Below, in pieces: positions 1 through 8,734 of a DNA stretch of 31,954 nt. The DNA is from a virus (lineage: Duplodnaviria > Caudoviricetes): positions 1-31,954 of IMG/VR virus record IMGVR_UViG_3300048598_000578. One strand, written 5' to 3'. Within the stretch, counting starts at the first letter, position 1. Each line of letters begins with the position of its first letter. Below the pieces are notes generated by a model. That model made no database searches, was not told the DNA's origin, and worked only from the letters and a program-made list of their open reading frames with translations. The translations under genes and the position numbers were made by a program.

Positions 1-3000
1 TCAATCCCACTGGTAGCCAACGCCTACCGAGACGCCGACGTCGCCATCGCTGTCCGCGCTTCCCTGGAGCTTGGTGACCCACTTGCCGTCCTTGGTGATG
101 TGCGACACGCCGACCGCCAGCGCCTGCTCGCCACGGAAGTTGCCCAGGCCGGCGGAGGTCATGCTCGCCCCCGGCGCATGGGGCTGGGGCAGGCTGGCCA
201 TGGCCATGGCCCCGGCGATGCCGGCACTGAGTTCGTCGTCCAGTTCGTTCATGTCCTTGCGCAGGGCGTGGTAGCTGGCGTCGGTGTAGGCCTTGGCGCC
301 GCTGATGCCGCTGTTCAACTGACCGAGGTTGACGGCGTCGGTGGCCTGGGTGCCGGCGGCGACATTGGTGATCTGCCGGGCGTTGGTCGCGCTGCCGACG
401 GATACCGTGTTCGCCCTGTCGGCCACCGAGTTGGCGCCCAGGGCCACCGAGTTGGAGGCCTTGGCGTGGGCGCTTTCGCCCAGCGCGGTGCTGTGCTCGG
501 CGCTCGCCTGGGCCCTGGTGCCGATCGCCGCGCTGTTCCTGCCGCTGGCCTGGGCGCCGGCGCCGCCGGCGATCGCATCCTGGCCGACAGCCTGCGGCTT
601 GCTCAGCGCAGAGCTGTTGTTGCTCTGGAACATGCCGTCGGTGCCGTTCTGCAGGTTGGTCACATGGTTATGGACATCGCTGACCCGCTGGTCCACCTGC
701 GCCACGCTGTCGTTCAGGGCGCCGGCCGAGGTGTTGACGGCGTCCGTGAGCTGGTCGACGTTGACCGCGTCGGTGCCGGCGGTGCCGCGGGCGACATTGG
801 TGATCTGCCGCTCGTTGCCCTGGCTGCCCACGGAAACGCTGTTGTCGCGATCGGCCAGGGAGTCCGCGCCCAGGGCCACGGCGTTGCTGGCGGTGGCATT
901 GGCGCCGCTGCCGATGGCGGTACTGCGTTCGCCGCTGGCTTGTGCAGCGCTGCCCACCGCCGTGGCGTCCGCCGCGCTGGCGGAGGCGCCGGCGCCAGCG
1001 GCCATGCTGCGCTCGCCGCTCGCCTGGGCGGCGTCGCCCAGGGCCATGGACGAGGTGCCGGTGGCCGAGGCGGCCGGTCCGACTGCGATGGAGTCCGCGC
1101 CGGCCGCAGAGGCATCGGCCTTTTCCGAATTGGCGCGGAAGTAGCGTGACACGCCGGTCTGGTTGATCCCGTCCTCCAGGGCGCTGACGCGGGTGTCGGT
1201 GCGGTACAGCTGCGAGCCGACCACCACGTCGCTGGAATCCGCGGCGATCCGGCCTTCCTCGACATTGGTGATGCGCGAGCGGCTGGTTGCGCCGGCGCTG
1301 CCATGCATGGCGCTGAAGGCGCCCAGGGAGTCGTCCCAGAGCAGGGCGTCACCGCGCAGTTCGCTCACTTCGTCGCGGGTGGCGTTGAGTTGGGAGACGT
1401 TCACGGCGTCGGTGTCATTGCTACCCGCGGCGACGTTGGTGATCCGCCGCTTGAGATCCTGGTTGCCCACCGAAACGCTGTCGTCGGCATCGGTTACCGA
1501 ACCATGGCCCAGGGCCACGCTGCGGGCGTGTTCGGCGCGGCTGGCGGTGCCCAGCGCCATGGAGTGCTCGCCGCTGGCCACGGACCAGCCGCCGATGGCG
1601 TTGGCGGCCTGGCCTGTCGCCGCCGAGGCGATGCCCAGGGCGGTGCTGCCGTCGGTGGAGGCCAGGGCTTCCTTGCCGAGCGCCGTGCTGCCTACGCCCA
1701 GAGCGCGGGACCAGGCGCCGGCCGCCGTGCTGGCGAGGGCCGCCGCCTCGGCTTCGGCGCCCAGGGCGGTGGCGCTTTGCGCCGTGGCTTCGGCGCTGTT
1801 GCCCAAGGCCACGCTGTGCCCGCCGGTGGCCTGGCTCCAGGCGCCGACGGCAGTGCTTTGCTGACCGCTGGCCTGCGCGCTGGTACCCAGTGCGGAGCTC
1901 TTTTCACCGCTGGCCTGCGCCTGCACACCCAGGGCGCTGGCGCCGGCGCCGCTGGCGCTGGACCAGCCGCCGACGGAGGTGGCGCTGCTGCCCGTCGCCT
2001 GGGCCTGCAGGCCTATCGCCGTGCTGCCATGGGTGCTGGCCCGGGCCTCCTTGCCGACCGCGGTGGCGCCAATGCCATGGGCCATCGCCCAGTTGCCGAC
2101 GGCGGTGGCGGAGTTCGCGCTCGCTTCGGCATCGACACCCACTGCCAGCGCGTCGCTGGCGGTGGCTTCGGCACTGCTGCCCAGCGCGGTGCTGCGCTCA
2201 CCGGTGGCCTGGCTCCAGCCGCCCAGCGCGGTGGCGCGATCGCCGAGGGCATCCGCCCTGACGCCAACGGCCGTCGCGTGCTGGCCGGATGCGTGGGCCT
2301 GGTTGCCGGCTGCCAGCGCGTTCTCGCCGCTGGCCAGCGCCGCCGTGCCCATGGCGATGGCGTTGCTGCCGCTGGATTCGGACTGCGGGCCTATGGCAAT
2401 GGCGTTCTCGCCGCTGGCGTTGGCGTCCGGGAGTTCGGAGTTGGCGCGGAAGTAGCGTGTGCCGCGCTGGTAAACGTCGCCCAGCCAGTCCGCTACGTCG
2501 CCAATGGCGTCGGCCGCTTCTTCGCCCAGGCGCTGGAGTTGCGAGAGGTTGACCGCGTCGGTGGCCTGGGTGCCCTCGGCCACGTTGGCGATGCGGCGCT
2601 GCAGGTCGGCGTTGCCGACCGAGACCTCGTTGTCCGCTCCTGTGGCGGAGTTCAGGCCCAGTGCGACGCTGCCCTGATGCGACGCCAGGGCTTCCTTGCC
2701 GAGAGCCACGCTGCCGATACCGCTGGCCTTGGACCAGGTGCCCACGGCAGTGCTGGCCAAGGCGGCGGCTTCGGCTTCGGCGCCGAGCGCGGTGCTGTCC
2801 TGTGCGGTGGCTTCGGCGCTACCGCCCACGGCGGTGCTGCGCAGTTGCGTGGCCTGGCTCCAGGCCCCGAGGGCGAGGGCACGTTCGCCCGCCGCGTCGG
2901 CGGAGACACCCACCGCAGTGGCGTTCGCGCCGCTGGCGGAGCTTTGCGTGCCGAGTGCGGTCGAGCCGCCGGCGGTGGCGCTGGCCAGCTTGCCCAGCGC

Positions 3001-4329
3001 AGTGGCGTTTTCGCCGCTGGCTGCGGTTCTTGCGCCAACTGCGGTTGCCCCGTCGCCGGTGGCCTGGGCCGCGATGCCCAGGGCGCTGGCATCGCCCTGG
3101 GAGGCCAGGGCTTCCTTGCCGATGGCCACGCTGCCGACGCCGCTGGCCTTGGACCAGGTGCCCACGGCAGTGCTGGCCAAGGCGGCGGCTTCGGCTTCGG
3201 CGCCGAGCGCGGTGCTGTCCTGTGCGGTGGCTTCGGCGCTACCGCCCACGGCGGTGCTGCGCAGTTGCGTGGCCTGGCTCCAGGCCCCGAGGGCGAGAGC
3301 GCGTTCGCCCGCCGCGTCGGCGGAGACGCCCACCGCAGTGGCGTTCGCGCCGCTGGCTTGGGCGGCGCTGCCCATGGCGATGCTGTCGCTGCCCGAAGCC
3401 ACGGCCTCGGGGCCGATGGCTACGCTGTCCTGGCCGTTGGCTTGGGCCATCGCCTTGTCGGAGTTCGCCTGGAAATACTTCGTCCCGCTTTCATAGACGT
3501 CGCTGAGCCAGTCGGAAACCGACTGCAGCGCTGCTTCGCCTTGCTGGCGCAGCGTCTCCAGCTGGGAAAGGTTGATGGCGTCGTTGGCCTGGGTGCCGTC
3601 GGCTACATGGGTCAACTGGCGATCGAGGTTGGCGTTGCCGATGGAGACGCTATCGTTCCTGTCGGTCGCCGAGCCGGCACCCAGGGCTACCGAGTTGGCA
3701 TGGTTGGCGCCAGCCCAGGCCCCCAGGGCCAGGCCATTGGCGCCGGCCGCCTGCGAATCCAGGCCCAGCGCGGTGCTGTGCTCGCCCTGGGCGGTGGCTC
3801 CCTTGCCGATCGCCGTGCTGGCCAGGCCCGATGCCGAGGAGTACGCGCCCAGGGCGGTGCTGCTGGCCTGGCTGGTGGCGGCGTTGCGGCCGATGGCCAG
3901 GCTGCTGTCGCCCTTGGCCTCGGTATTTCGTCCAAGCGCCACGCTGTTGTCGCCATAGGCGGCCGCCCACGGGCCGACGGCGGTGGCGTGGCTTGCCGAT
4001 GCCGTGGCGTAGTCGCCCAGGGCCGTGCTGTTTACACCTGACGCACTGGCGCCGGTGCCTTCCTGCACGCTGGTGAGCATGGCGCCCAGGCGCACCTCGG
4101 CGCGCGGCTGGACCACCTGGCTGGCGCTGGCCTTGTCGTCGCCCTCGATCTCGGCTTCGGTGACCGCCCCGGCAGGAATGCCGAACAGCGCCAGGCAGGC
4201 GGAGGAAAGCAGGCCCACTGCGCCGGCCAGGCCGCGGTTGCGGTGCTTGCCGTGGCTTCTGGCGAATTCGCTGGCGACTACCCAGGCGCGGCGCGCCGCA
4301 CTCCAGACCAGTCGGAATGACTTGTTCAT
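1..4329 (-). CDS. Trimeric autotransporter adhesin (YadA/UpaG/SadA-like), 1442 aa
   Basis: ESPR-type start MNKSFRLVWSAARRAWVVASE with AGGAG RBS, so start set at 4329 rather than 4437. Many 14-aa YadA head repeats, neck motifs (RQITNVAAGTQATDAVNLGQL), YFxANS and DALLWD motifs, and a C-terminal YadA anchor (AGIAGAMAMASLPQ...VGVGYQW). Confidence 0.95.
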   Translation of the reverse strand: MNKSFRLVWSAARRAWVVASEFARSHGKHRNRGLAGAVGLLSSACLALFGIPAGAVTEAEIEGDDKASASQVVQPRAEVRLGAMLTSVQEGTGASASGVNSTALGDYATASASHATAVGPWAAAYGDNSVALGRNTEAKGDSSLAIGRNAATSQASSTALGAYSSASGLASTAIGKGATAQGEHSTALGLDSQAAGANGLALGAWAGANHANSVALGAGSATDRNDSVSIGNANLDRQLTHVADGTQANDAINLSQLETLRQQGEAALQSVSDWLSDVYESGTKYFQANSDKAMAQANGQDSVAIGPEAVASGSDSIAMGSAAQASGANATAVGVSADAAGERALALGAWSQATQLRSTAVGGSAEATAQDSTALGAEAEAAALASTAVGTWSKASGVGSVAIGKEALASQGDASALGIAAQATGDGATAVGARTAASGENATALGKLASATAGGSTALGTQSSASGANATAVGVSADAAGERALALGAWSQATQLRSTAVGGSAEATAQDSTALGAEAEAAALASTAVGTWSKASGIGSVALGKEALASHQGSVALGLNSATGADNEVSVGNADLQRRIANVAEGTQATDAVNLSQLQRLGEEAADAIGDVADWLGDVYQRGTRYFRANSELPDANASGENAIAIGPQSESSGSNAIAMGTAALASGENALAAGNQAHASGQHATAVGVRADALGDRATALGGWSQATGERSTALGSSAEATASDALAVGVDAEASANSATAVGNWAMAHGIGATAVGKEARASTHGSTAIGLQAQATGSSATSVGGWSSASGAGASALGVQAQASGEKSSALGTSAQASGQQSTAVGAWSQATGGHSVALGNSAEATAQSATALGAEAEAAALASTAAGAWSRALGVGSTALGKEALASTDGSTALGIASAATGQAANAIGGWSVASGEHSMALGTASRAEHARSVALGHGSVTDADDSVSVGNQDLKRRITNVAAGSNDTDAVNVSQLNATRDEVSELRGDALLWDDSLGAFSAMHGSAGATSRSRITNVEEGRIAADSSDVVVGSQLYRTDTRVSALEDGINQTGVSRYFRANSEKADASAAGADSIAVGPAASATGTSSMALGDAAQASGERSMAAGAGASASAADATAVGSAAQASGERSTAIGSGANATASNAVALGADSLADRDNSVSVGSQGNERQITNVARGTAGTDAVNVDQLTDAVNTSAGALNDSVAQVDQRVSDVHNHVTNLQNGTDGMFQSNNSSALSKPQAVGQDAIAGGAGAQASGRNSAAIGTRAQASAEHSTALGESAHAKASNSVALGANSVADRANTVSVGSATNARQITNVAAGTQATDAVNLGQLNSGISGAKAYTDASYHALRKDMNELDDELSAGIAGAMAMASLPQPHAPGASMTSAGLGNFRGEQALAVGVSHITKDGKWVTKLQGSADSDGDVGVSVGVGYQWD
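2684..3357. repeat. ~254-bp near-identical direct repeat inside the adhesin (2684-2937 and 3104-3357, 420-bp offset)
   Basis: Line-by-line comparison shows about 7 mismatches. Both copies encode ASGANATAVGVSADAAGERALALGAWSQATQLRST... Confidence 0.9.
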
Positions 4330-4339
4330 GAGAGACTCC

Positions 4340-4359
4340 TTGCGGGGAGCTCCCCGCAA
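4340..4359. promoter_or_regulatory. Perfect 20-bp palindrome abutting the adhesin RBS
   Basis: TTGCGGGGAGCTCCCCGCAA equals its own reverse complement. On the minus strand it runs directly into AAGGAG-N6-ATG. Function not known. Confidence 0.5.
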
Positions 4360-4384
4360 ATGGTGAGAGGCCCCTGATCCGGGA

Positions 4385-5230
4385 TCAGCGGGCGTTCGAG
4401 GTGGGGAGAGGGGGAAGGGCGCGTGCCGCCTGGGCAATCAGCGGGCGCTCCGGACAGGCCACCGGCGGTAGCCCCAGCTCCACCTGGTAGAGCCATCGGG
4501 CAGCGGCAGCGTCGTTACGCATGCCTTGCAGGTAGCCGCCGGCGAAGAGGGTGGCTTCGGCGATCAGGGCCCGGCGTTGCGGCAGCGTCAGCGGCATCCG
4601 GTCGATCGCCGCGAAAACACTGGCGGAGTCGGCCTTGCCGCGATACAGCTCGACCAGCGCGTGCTGCGCCGCGTCGTCGGGCCGCACTGCGGCGAGCAGG
4701 CGCTTGAACGCCGTGTCGCGGGCGCGCCTGGAGGAGGCGTTGTCGCGCGTGACCAGCCATAGCCGCCAGAGCTGCGCATAGGCCTTCTCATCGGCGTTCG
4801 CGCCCTTCGAGGCGATTTGCGCGAAGGCACGGTCGGCGTCGCGGTAGCGCCCCAGGGCGGCCAGGTTGGCGGCAGAAGGCAGGGCGACCAGGTCGCTCCA
4901 GACGGAGCGGCCCAGCCGGTCGTAGTGGCGCCGTGCCTGCTGCGGCCTGCCCAGGGCGTCGTCGACCAGGGCCAGTTCCATTTCGAGCCGTCCGCTGCTG
5001 GTGCCCTTGGCCAGGAGTTTGTCGAGGAGGCGGTCGGCGCCCTGGAAATCGCCGGCGAGATAGGCCGCATGGGCGGTGCCCAGAAGCTGCTGGCTTTCGC
5101 TGGCGTTGACCATTGCGGCGAACAGCCAGCAGGCCAGGGCGATGAGCAGCCAGGTGGCTTGCGAGGGGCGGCCACGCCGGCCGCGGCCTCTGGCGTTCGT
5201 TCGAAGGCTATGAGCGCTGAATCCGAACAT
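4385..5230 (-). CDS. Exported TPR protein with NlpI-like C-terminal helices
   Basis: ATG at 5230 with GGAG RBS; basic N-region and hydrophobic signal (WLLIALACWLFAAMVNA). TPR-like helices (AYLAGDFQGADRLL, LGRPQQARRHY, LGRYRDADRAF) and the YAQLWRLWL...LVELYRG...AEATLFAGGY pattern. Confidence 0.7.
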   Translation of the reverse strand: MFGFSAHSLRTNARGRGRRGRPSQATWLLIALACWLFAAMVNASESQQLLGTAHAAYLAGDFQGADRLLDKLLAKGTSSGRLEMELALVDDALGRPQQARRHYDRLGRSVWSDLVALPSAANLAALGRYRDADRAFAQIASKGANADEKAYAQLWRLWLVTRDNASSRRARDTAFKRLLAAVRPDDAAQHALVELYRGKADSASVFAAIDRMPLTLPQRRALIAEATLFAGGYLQGMRNDAAAARWLYQVELGLPPVACPERPLIAQAARALPPLPTSNAR

Positions 5231-5322
5231 GATGTCTGCTCCCAAGAAAACGATGGGGGCAGGCTATGGCCGAAGGCTTCGTGTGGCTGTCGTGATGCGC
5301 CGGGATCGTTGTAGCGATTGCG

Positions 5323-7017
5323 CTACGCCGGGGGAGAGGGCGGCGGTTCAGGGCCGGAGAGCAACTGCAGTTCGATGACGCAGGGCAGCCGCAAGGGCAA
5401 GCCGGAAAACGTCAGCGAGGCCCGTATCAGGGGGGCCAGGCGCCTGGCCAGGCCGAGATGGGCGTCGAACCTGTCGAAGGGGAGGCCGGCATCCGGCGAG
5501 TTCACGTCGATCCGCCAGACGGACTCGCCGTGGCCGCGGTATTCCTGCCGTGCTTCCACATGCAGGTTCGCCGAGGACTCCGCGCTGACGAAGGCCAGGG
5601 CCGTCGCCAACAGTTCGCCGTACAGTCCGGCGTCCATCCAGGCGCATGTCGCCGTTTGCGGCAGCGAGAGCGTCACGCTGGCGGCGTAGCGCCTGGCGAA
5701 GGTCTCGACCGCCTGGTTGGTGAGCGCGTTCAGGTCGCAGGTCTCCGGTAGCGGAACCCTGTTGCCCTGGTCCAGTTCGGCCAGTTCCAGCAGCAGCTCG
5801 GTATGTCGCTTGAGCATGCCGACGGGGTTTCGCAGCGAAGCCGCCTCCGGGGTGCTTTTCGCCAGGTCGGCCAGTTGCTCTTCCAGGATCGATAGCTGCT
5901 CTTCGAAGCGCTTGCATTCGGCGATGAAAAAATGGGTGCGCAGCTGCCGCAGGGAGAGCATTCGCTGCTGCGCTTGCGTCAGTTGGGCCACTTCGCTGTC
6001 GAAGTCGCTGACATCCACGATCGCGCACAGCATGCCGAGCACCTGGCCGCTTTCGTCCCGGTGGGGCACGCCCCAGACCCGCACGGTGCGGGGGCCCTGG
6101 GGGAAGTGGGCCACGAAATCCGACACGAAGGATCTGGCGTCGGCCACGGCCTTGAGATAGCCACGACGCACCTGCTCGGTGAGTTGTTCCCCTACGATGC
6201 CGTTGGGGGCGATCTCCATGCCCAGACACGCCTGCCGGGAAAGACCATGCAGGTCGGCGAAGCCCTGGTTGCACAGCAGCAGGGCCCCGTCCCGCGCGCG
6301 CAGTGCCGTCGGGAAAGGCAGCATTTCGATGAATTCCTGCAGGCGCGAGCCTTGCCCGCTGGCGAAATGCATTTTCCCCAGGCCCGCGGCGGGGGCGACG
6401 CCATGCCGCCAGGCGAATGCCAGCAGGTCCGCGTTCGAGTGCAGGTCCAGCTTCTGGAACAGGCGCGTCTTGTAGGTGCTGACGGCGCTGGGGCTCAGCT
6501 TCATGGTGGCGGCGATGGACTTGATCGGGTTGCCCTGCGCCAGTTGCTTCATTACGGTCAGCTCGCGGGGTGACAGGGTGGCCAGCAGCCGGCTCTCCTG
6601 GCGGTCGCCCGGGCGCCGCGACACATCCTCGAAGGCATGGCGCGGAAAGAAGGTCCGGCCACTGAGCAGCGTCCGAACCGCGAGAAGCAACTGCTCGGGC
6701 GGCTCGGACCTGGACAGGTACCCGGCTGCCCCGTATTGGCGGGCGAGATCGATGAAATGGGGCTGGTAGTCGTTTCCCAGGACCAGCACGGGGAGGTTGC
6801 GTCCGCTTTGCCGCAGCCACTGCAGAACTTCGGTGCCGTTGGTATCCGGAAGCATGAAGTCGAGCACCAGCAGGTCCGGCGCAGTGCTCCGCAGCGCGGC
6901 TATCGCGGCGGCCCCGTTGAACACACAGGTGGGAACCTCATGCGCCTGGTCTTTCAGGGCGGAGCTGGCACCGGCGCTGAACAGGGGTTCAATGCATGCA
7001 AGCAGTATGTTCGCCAT
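5323..7017 (-). CDS. NarL/EvgA-type response regulator (REC + LuxR HTH) fused to PAS and a degenerate histidine-kinase-like tail, 564 aa
   Basis: Start MANILL at 7017 with GAGGTG RBS. REC motif PDLLVLDFMLPD; LuxR HTH LSPRELTVMKQLAQG...SAVSTYKTRLFQKL; PAS LPFPTALRARDGALLLCNQGF...PHRDESGQVLGMLCAIVDVS. Confidence 0.85.
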   Translation of the reverse strand: MANILLACIEPLFSAGASSALKDQAHEVPTCVFNGAAAIAALRSTAPDLLVLDFMLPDTNGTEVLQWLRQSGRNLPVLVLGNDYQPHFIDLARQYGAAGYLSRSEPPEQLLLAVRTLLSGRTFFPRHAFEDVSRRPGDRQESRLLATLSPRELTVMKQLAQGNPIKSIAATMKLSPSAVSTYKTRLFQKLDLHSNADLLAFAWRHGVAPAAGLGKMHFASGQGSRLQEFIEMLPFPTALRARDGALLLCNQGFADLHGLSRQACLGMEIAPNGIVGEQLTEQVRRGYLKAVADARSFVSDFVAHFPQGPRTVRVWGVPHRDESGQVLGMLCAIVDVSDFDSEVAQLTQAQQRMLSLRQLRTHFFIAECKRFEEQLSILEEQLADLAKSTPEAASLRNPVGMLKRHTELLLELAELDQGNRVPLPETCDLNALTNQAVETFARRYAASVTLSLPQTATCAWMDAGLYGELLATALAFVSAESSANLHVEARQEYRGHGESVWRIDVNSPDAGLPFDRFDAHLGLARRLAPLIRASLTFSGLPLRLPCVIELQLLSGPEPPPSPPA

Positions 7018-7175
7018 GCGGACACCTCGGGTTGCCGAGCAGAGTAGTAAAAAAACCGGCGATTGGCGAAAAGGCGGGGCATGGGCTGGAGCCGCCGCCC
7101 CGTTCGCGGGGCGCGACGCGGCATGGCGGGGCCCGAAGGGGCTTGCAGAGGGAAGGGCGGGGAAGGGCAGGCAAC

Positions 7176-7199
7176 AAAAAACCGGCTCGATGGCCGGTT
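7176..7199 (-). terminator. Intrinsic terminator downstream of the tRNA 3' fragment
   Basis: Minus strand reads AACCGGC-CATCGA-GCCGGTT running into a T6 tract. Confidence 0.75.
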
Positions 7200-7233
7200 C
7201 TTCTGGTGTTCCGAAATTCGCTGGGAATCTGGA

Positions 7234-7253
7234 TGGTGCCCCGGGAGAGACTC
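7234..7253 (-). other. Prophage att core: displaced 3' fragment of a tRNA (tRNA-Leu-like)
   Basis: Minus strand GAGTCTCTCCCGGGGCACCA is the T-arm 3' half, acceptor strand and ACCA end. Similarity stops at the T loop and there is no 5' half. It lies 155 bp before the integrase. The Leu identity is recalled, not searched. Confidence 0.8.
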
Positions 7254-7318
7254 TAGCGGAGTCTGGTAGGTTCATGCAACTACGTTAGATCACCTGAAAG
7301 TACCTGATTACAAAGGGT

Positions 7319-7395
7319 TTACGCCAAAATGAAAACAGCGGCCTCCAGTATCTTGGCGTAAATTCCTGCTACCCTTTACGCCAAAATTACGCCAA
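7319..7395. repeat. Four TTACGCCAA motifs, putative integrase arm-type sites
   Basis: Copies at 7319-7327, 7353-7361 (inverted), 7376-7384 and 7387-7395, plus an 8/9 copy at 8412-8420. IHF-like AATCAGGTACTTT on the minus strand at 7297-7309. Confidence 0.7.
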
Positions 7396-7408
7396 GGCGA
7401 GGTGTCGG

Positions 7409-8407
7409 GTGGCAACGTACAGGAAGCGGAGCGGCGGCTGGCGCGCCGAGGTAGCCAAGAAAGGAGTCAGGGACTCGGGGACGTTCTCCACGAAGGCCGA
7501 GGCGGTGGCCTGGGCGACCAAGAGGGAGGCCGACATCCTGGCTGGAGTTGGAGTCTCTGAGCGGGCATCCAACTACACCTTGAAGGACGCTATCGAGAAA
7601 TACAAGGCCGAGGTCACCCCAACCAAGGCCGGCCAGCGCTGGGAAGAGATCCGGCTGGACAAGTTCGTCAATGACCTGGAGTTCGTCGGCGAACGGATCA
7701 CCGATATCGAGGCTGACCAGATCGCAGACTGGCGCGATGCAAGGCTGAAGGTGATCAAGCCGCCATCAGTTCGGCGCGAAATGACTCTGCTGTCAAGCGT
7801 CTTCGAGCACGCCAGGAGCCCCTGGAAGTGGATCACCACCAACCCAGTCCGCGAAGTCAAGCGCCCGAGCAACGGCCGGCCGCGTGACCGCAGGATCTCC
7901 GCGGACGAGGAGCGCAAGCTGCTCGATGAACTGGGGTACACAGAGGGGGCCGCGCCGGAAACGAAGATGCAGGAGCTGGCCTATGCCTTCCTCCTCGCCC
8001 TGGAGACGGCGATGCGCCAGGGCGAGATCCTGGGCCTGAGCCGCGATCGCGTGCATCTGAAAGCCCGATATGTCGACCTCACCAAGACCAAGAACGGAGA
8101 CGCCAGGAAGGTGCCACTGAGCACTCGTGCTGCAGCGTTGCTGAAGGTCGTGGTAGACGGGGCTGGGGAGCGCGACGAGGTGTTTACGCTGACCTCAGGC
8201 TCTGCGGACGCCCTTTTCAGGAAGGTCCGCGATCGACTGAAGATCACAGACCTGCACTTCCATGATACCCGCCACGAGGCCACCACTAGACTGGCCAGGA
8301 AGCTGGATGTCCTGGACTTGGCGCGGATGACTGGACACCGTGACCCGCGCTCGCTCATGGTCTACTACAACGCGACGGCTACCGAAGTGGCAAGCCGGCT
8401 AGATTGA
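7409..8407 (+). CDS. int: Tyrosine recombinase / phage integrase
   Basis: Catalytic motifs TAMRQGEILGL (R), TKNG (K), HFHDTRHE (HxxR), MTGH and MVYYN (Y). GTG start with GAGGTG RBS. Confidence 0.95.
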   Translation: MATYRKRSGGWRAEVAKKGVRDSGTFSTKAEAVAWATKREADILAGVGVSERASNYTLKDAIEKYKAEVTPTKAGQRWEEIRLDKFVNDLEFVGERITDIEADQIADWRDARLKVIKPPSVRREMTLLSSVFEHARSPWKWITTNPVREVKRPSNGRPRDRRISADEERKLLDELGYTEGAAPETKMQELAYAFLLALETAMRQGEILGLSRDRVHLKARYVDLTKTKNGDARKVPLSTRAAALLKVVVDGAGERDEVFTLTSGSADALFRKVRDRLKITDLHFHDTRHEATTRLARKLDVLDLARMTGHRDPRSLMVYYNATATEVASRLD

Positions 8408-8408
8408 T

Positions 8409-8429
8409 GGGGTGGCGTAACACCACCCC
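8409..8429. terminator. Hairpin between convergent int and xis
   Basis: GGGGTGG-CGTAACA-CCACCCC, with only a weak T tail. Confidence 0.45.
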
Positions 8430-8734
8430 TATTTCCGAGGCTTGCCCTTAGGCAGCTTGCTGCTGTTCTGCCGCGCCCACTTCTTTACGTCCGCCGCGAA
8501 CCAGCGCTTCATCGACTTCACCGTGCCGCAGGGCTGCAGCGGCTCAGGGAAGTCCGGCCGGGTGGACACGCGCTGCTCAACGGTCACCGGCGAGAGCTTC
8601 AGGTATTCGCCGATCTCCTTCGTGGTCCACAGTTCCTCCTCGGGCGCCACCTTCGGCCCGCGGAGGTGGGCCAGCAGGTCGCGGATGGCGCCGGCCAGGT
8701 CCTGCTCCTGACTCTGGCGATTCTCTTCGATCAT
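8429..8734 (-). CDS. xis: Excisionase / AlpA-like winged-helix protein
   Basis: LWTTKEIGEYLKLSPVTV...RPDFPEP...KRWFAADVKKW pattern; last gene of the early-left operon, next to int. Confidence 0.7.
   Translation of the reverse strand: MIEENRQSQEQDLAGAIRDLLAHLRGPKVAPEEELWTTKEIGEYLKLSPVTVEQRVSTRPDFPEPLQPCGTVKSMKRWFAADVKKWARQNSSKLPKGKPRK

Noticed and set aside
100-4366. Long plus-strand ORFs (e.g. 1303-4041, 912 aa) opposite the adhesin
   Set aside because: Antisense shadows of a repetitive, GC-rich, Ala/Gly-coding gene; no RBS or domain motifs.
4330-4437. Upstream extension of the adhesin ORF to 4437
   Set aside because: Overlaps the TPR gene; the ESPR motif and RBS mark 4329 as the start.
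7049-7055. A7 tract in a possible promoter spacer as a phase-variation switch
   Set aside because: The tract is short and the promoter assignment is weak.
7018-7275. 86-aa N-terminal extension of the regulator ORF
   Set aside because: Runs through the att core and terminator; the REC domain and RBS begin at 7017.
7200-7320. Intact tRNA gene at the att site
   Set aside because: Only the last 20 nt match; no D arm, anticodon arm or complete T loop upstream.
7319-7395. TTACGCCAA repeats as a CRISPR array or shufflon sites
   Set aside because: Only 9 bp, irregular spacing, mixed orientation, no cas genes or invertible cassettes; arm-type sites explain them better.
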